NCBI GenBank assembly: GCA_947483975.1
Contig: CANKOL010000008.1
Coordinates: 1 to 35,749, forward strand
Source of the DNA: Sandaracinaceae bacterium
GTDB lineage: Bacteria > Myxococcota_A > Polyangia > Polyangiales > JADJQN01
Length of the DNA stretch: 35,749 bases
Direction: 5' to 3'
In this document: positions 35,019 through 35,749 of the stretch, in pieces
How positions within the stretch are numbered: position 1 is the stretch's first letter
How the letters are laid out: the number at the start of each line of letters is the position of its first letter
Program-made: the position numbers and the translations under genes
Notes under the pieces: generated by a model
Told to the model about the DNA's origin: nothing
Databases searched by the model: none
Seen by the model: only the letters and a program-made list of their open reading frames with translations

Positions 35019-35067
35019 GGAGCGCGCTGACCTCTGCCGAACTACCCGCAGAGGCCAACGCCGCTCC
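35019..35067 (-). terminator. Long hairpin after the MYXO-CTERM gene
   Basis: Minus strand GGAGCG-G-CGTTGGCCTCTGC / GCAGAGGTCAGCG-CGCTCC, 19 pairs with one bulge and two G-U pairs, starting 18 nt after the stop; no U-tract. Confidence 0.55.
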
Positions 35068-35084
35068 TCAGGGAGCGCCCTCGC

Positions 35085-35749
35085 TCAGCGGCGCCGACGA
35101 CGACGCGCGAGCACGAGCACGAGGCTCGCGAGAGCAAGCCATGCGGCACCGTGGGTGCTCGGCTGCCCGACGAGGGCACAGCCGCATCCGGTGCTGCGCG
35201 AGGTGCGCCGGTACGTCACCGAGGCGTCGAGTCGGACGGCTGCGTCCGTCGGCACGCTGGCGTCGACGGGGATTCCGGCGTCCTCGCACGCCGGACTCAG
35301 GACGTGCGTGCAGACGTTCGCGGCGCTGCACGCGTCGCTCGTGCACGCGATGGCATCGTCGCAGTCCGTCGCGTCATGACAGCACGCGGCGACCGCCGAG
35401 TGCGCGCAGCCACCAGCCTCCGAGCAGGTGTCTGCCGTGCAGACGTCGCTGTCGTCGCAGCCGGGGTTCACGTCGGACACGCAGCCGCCGGCGGCGCACG
35501 TCTCCGCGCCGTCGCAGAAGAGTCCGTCGTCGCACGTCGTCCCGTCGGCGAGGAAGAGGTTGATGGGGCAGCTGAGGCTCATCCCCGAGCACGCCTCTGG
35601 CGCGTCGCAGGCGCCGACCGCCGCGCGACAGACGACGCCCGCCGCGGCACGCACATCGGCCGGGCATGCGGCCGCCGAGCCAGTGCACGCCTCCGCGAGG
35701 TCACACGCGCCCGCCGCTGCGCGGCACTCGGTGCCGAGAGCTGCGAACG
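35085..35749 (-). CDS. 3' part of a Cys-rich surface protein with MYXO-CTERM-type sorting tail (5' end outside the window)
   Basis: Disintegrin-like repeats (CRAAVGACDAPEACSG), slime-mould-type repeats (CDDSDVCTADTC, CDDAIACTSDAC), tail TGCGC...AAWLALASLVLVLARRRRRR. Confidence 0.85.
   Translation of the reverse strand, partial: FAALGTECRAAAGACDLAEACTGSAAACPADVRAAAGVVCRAAVGACDAPEACSGMSLSCPINLFLADGTTCDDGLFCDGAETCAAGGCVSDVNPGCDDSDVCTADTCSEAGGCAHSAVAACCHDATDCDDAIACTSDACSAANVCTHVLSPACEDAGIPVDASVPTDAAVRLDASVTYRRTSRSTGCGCALVGQPSTHGAAWLALASLVLVLARRRRRR

Noticed and set aside
1..35749. Mobile elements, prophage, tRNA/rRNA, defence genes
   Set aside because: No transposase, integrase, phage, nuclease or cloverleaf signatures recognised; codon style is uniform across the genes.

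Overview
High-GC bacterial chromosomal window, most consistent with Myxococcota (Polyangiales/Sandaracinaceae-like), judged from a MYXO-CTERM-type tail, a TIGR04551-like barrel, a TIGR02266/PilZ-like fragment, DUF507 and Cys-rich lipoproteins. It is mostly core genome: nadA; prfB (with the classic +1 programmed frameshift)-lysS-lolC/E-lolD-bamA-skp-fabZ-small ORF-tolC-like-mlaC; a Crp/Fnr regulator; DUF507-yicC-gmk; two tandem TPR-GT41 (SPINDLY/OGT-like) glycosyltransferases; a Tat subunit plus GMC oxidoreductase pair; an HExxH protein; radA; RNase J; and a cluster of exported proteins. The most unusual part is the non-coding gap between the converging gmk and GT41 genes (17750-18401). It holds seven helically phased copies (42-43 bp period) of a 17-bp palindrome GACCTGTT-C-AACAGGTC, next to a ~200-nt multi-stem, possibly pseudoknotted RNA candidate whose loops carry pieces of that same palindrome. 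Also notable: lpxD and lpxA are absent from the bamA-skp-fabZ operon, a DAG tripeptide recurs in linkers of many exported proteins, and several genes have leaderless-type promoters. No transposase, integrase, cas gene, tRNA or rRNA was recognised. All family calls are motif recognition by eye; no database search or folding program was run.
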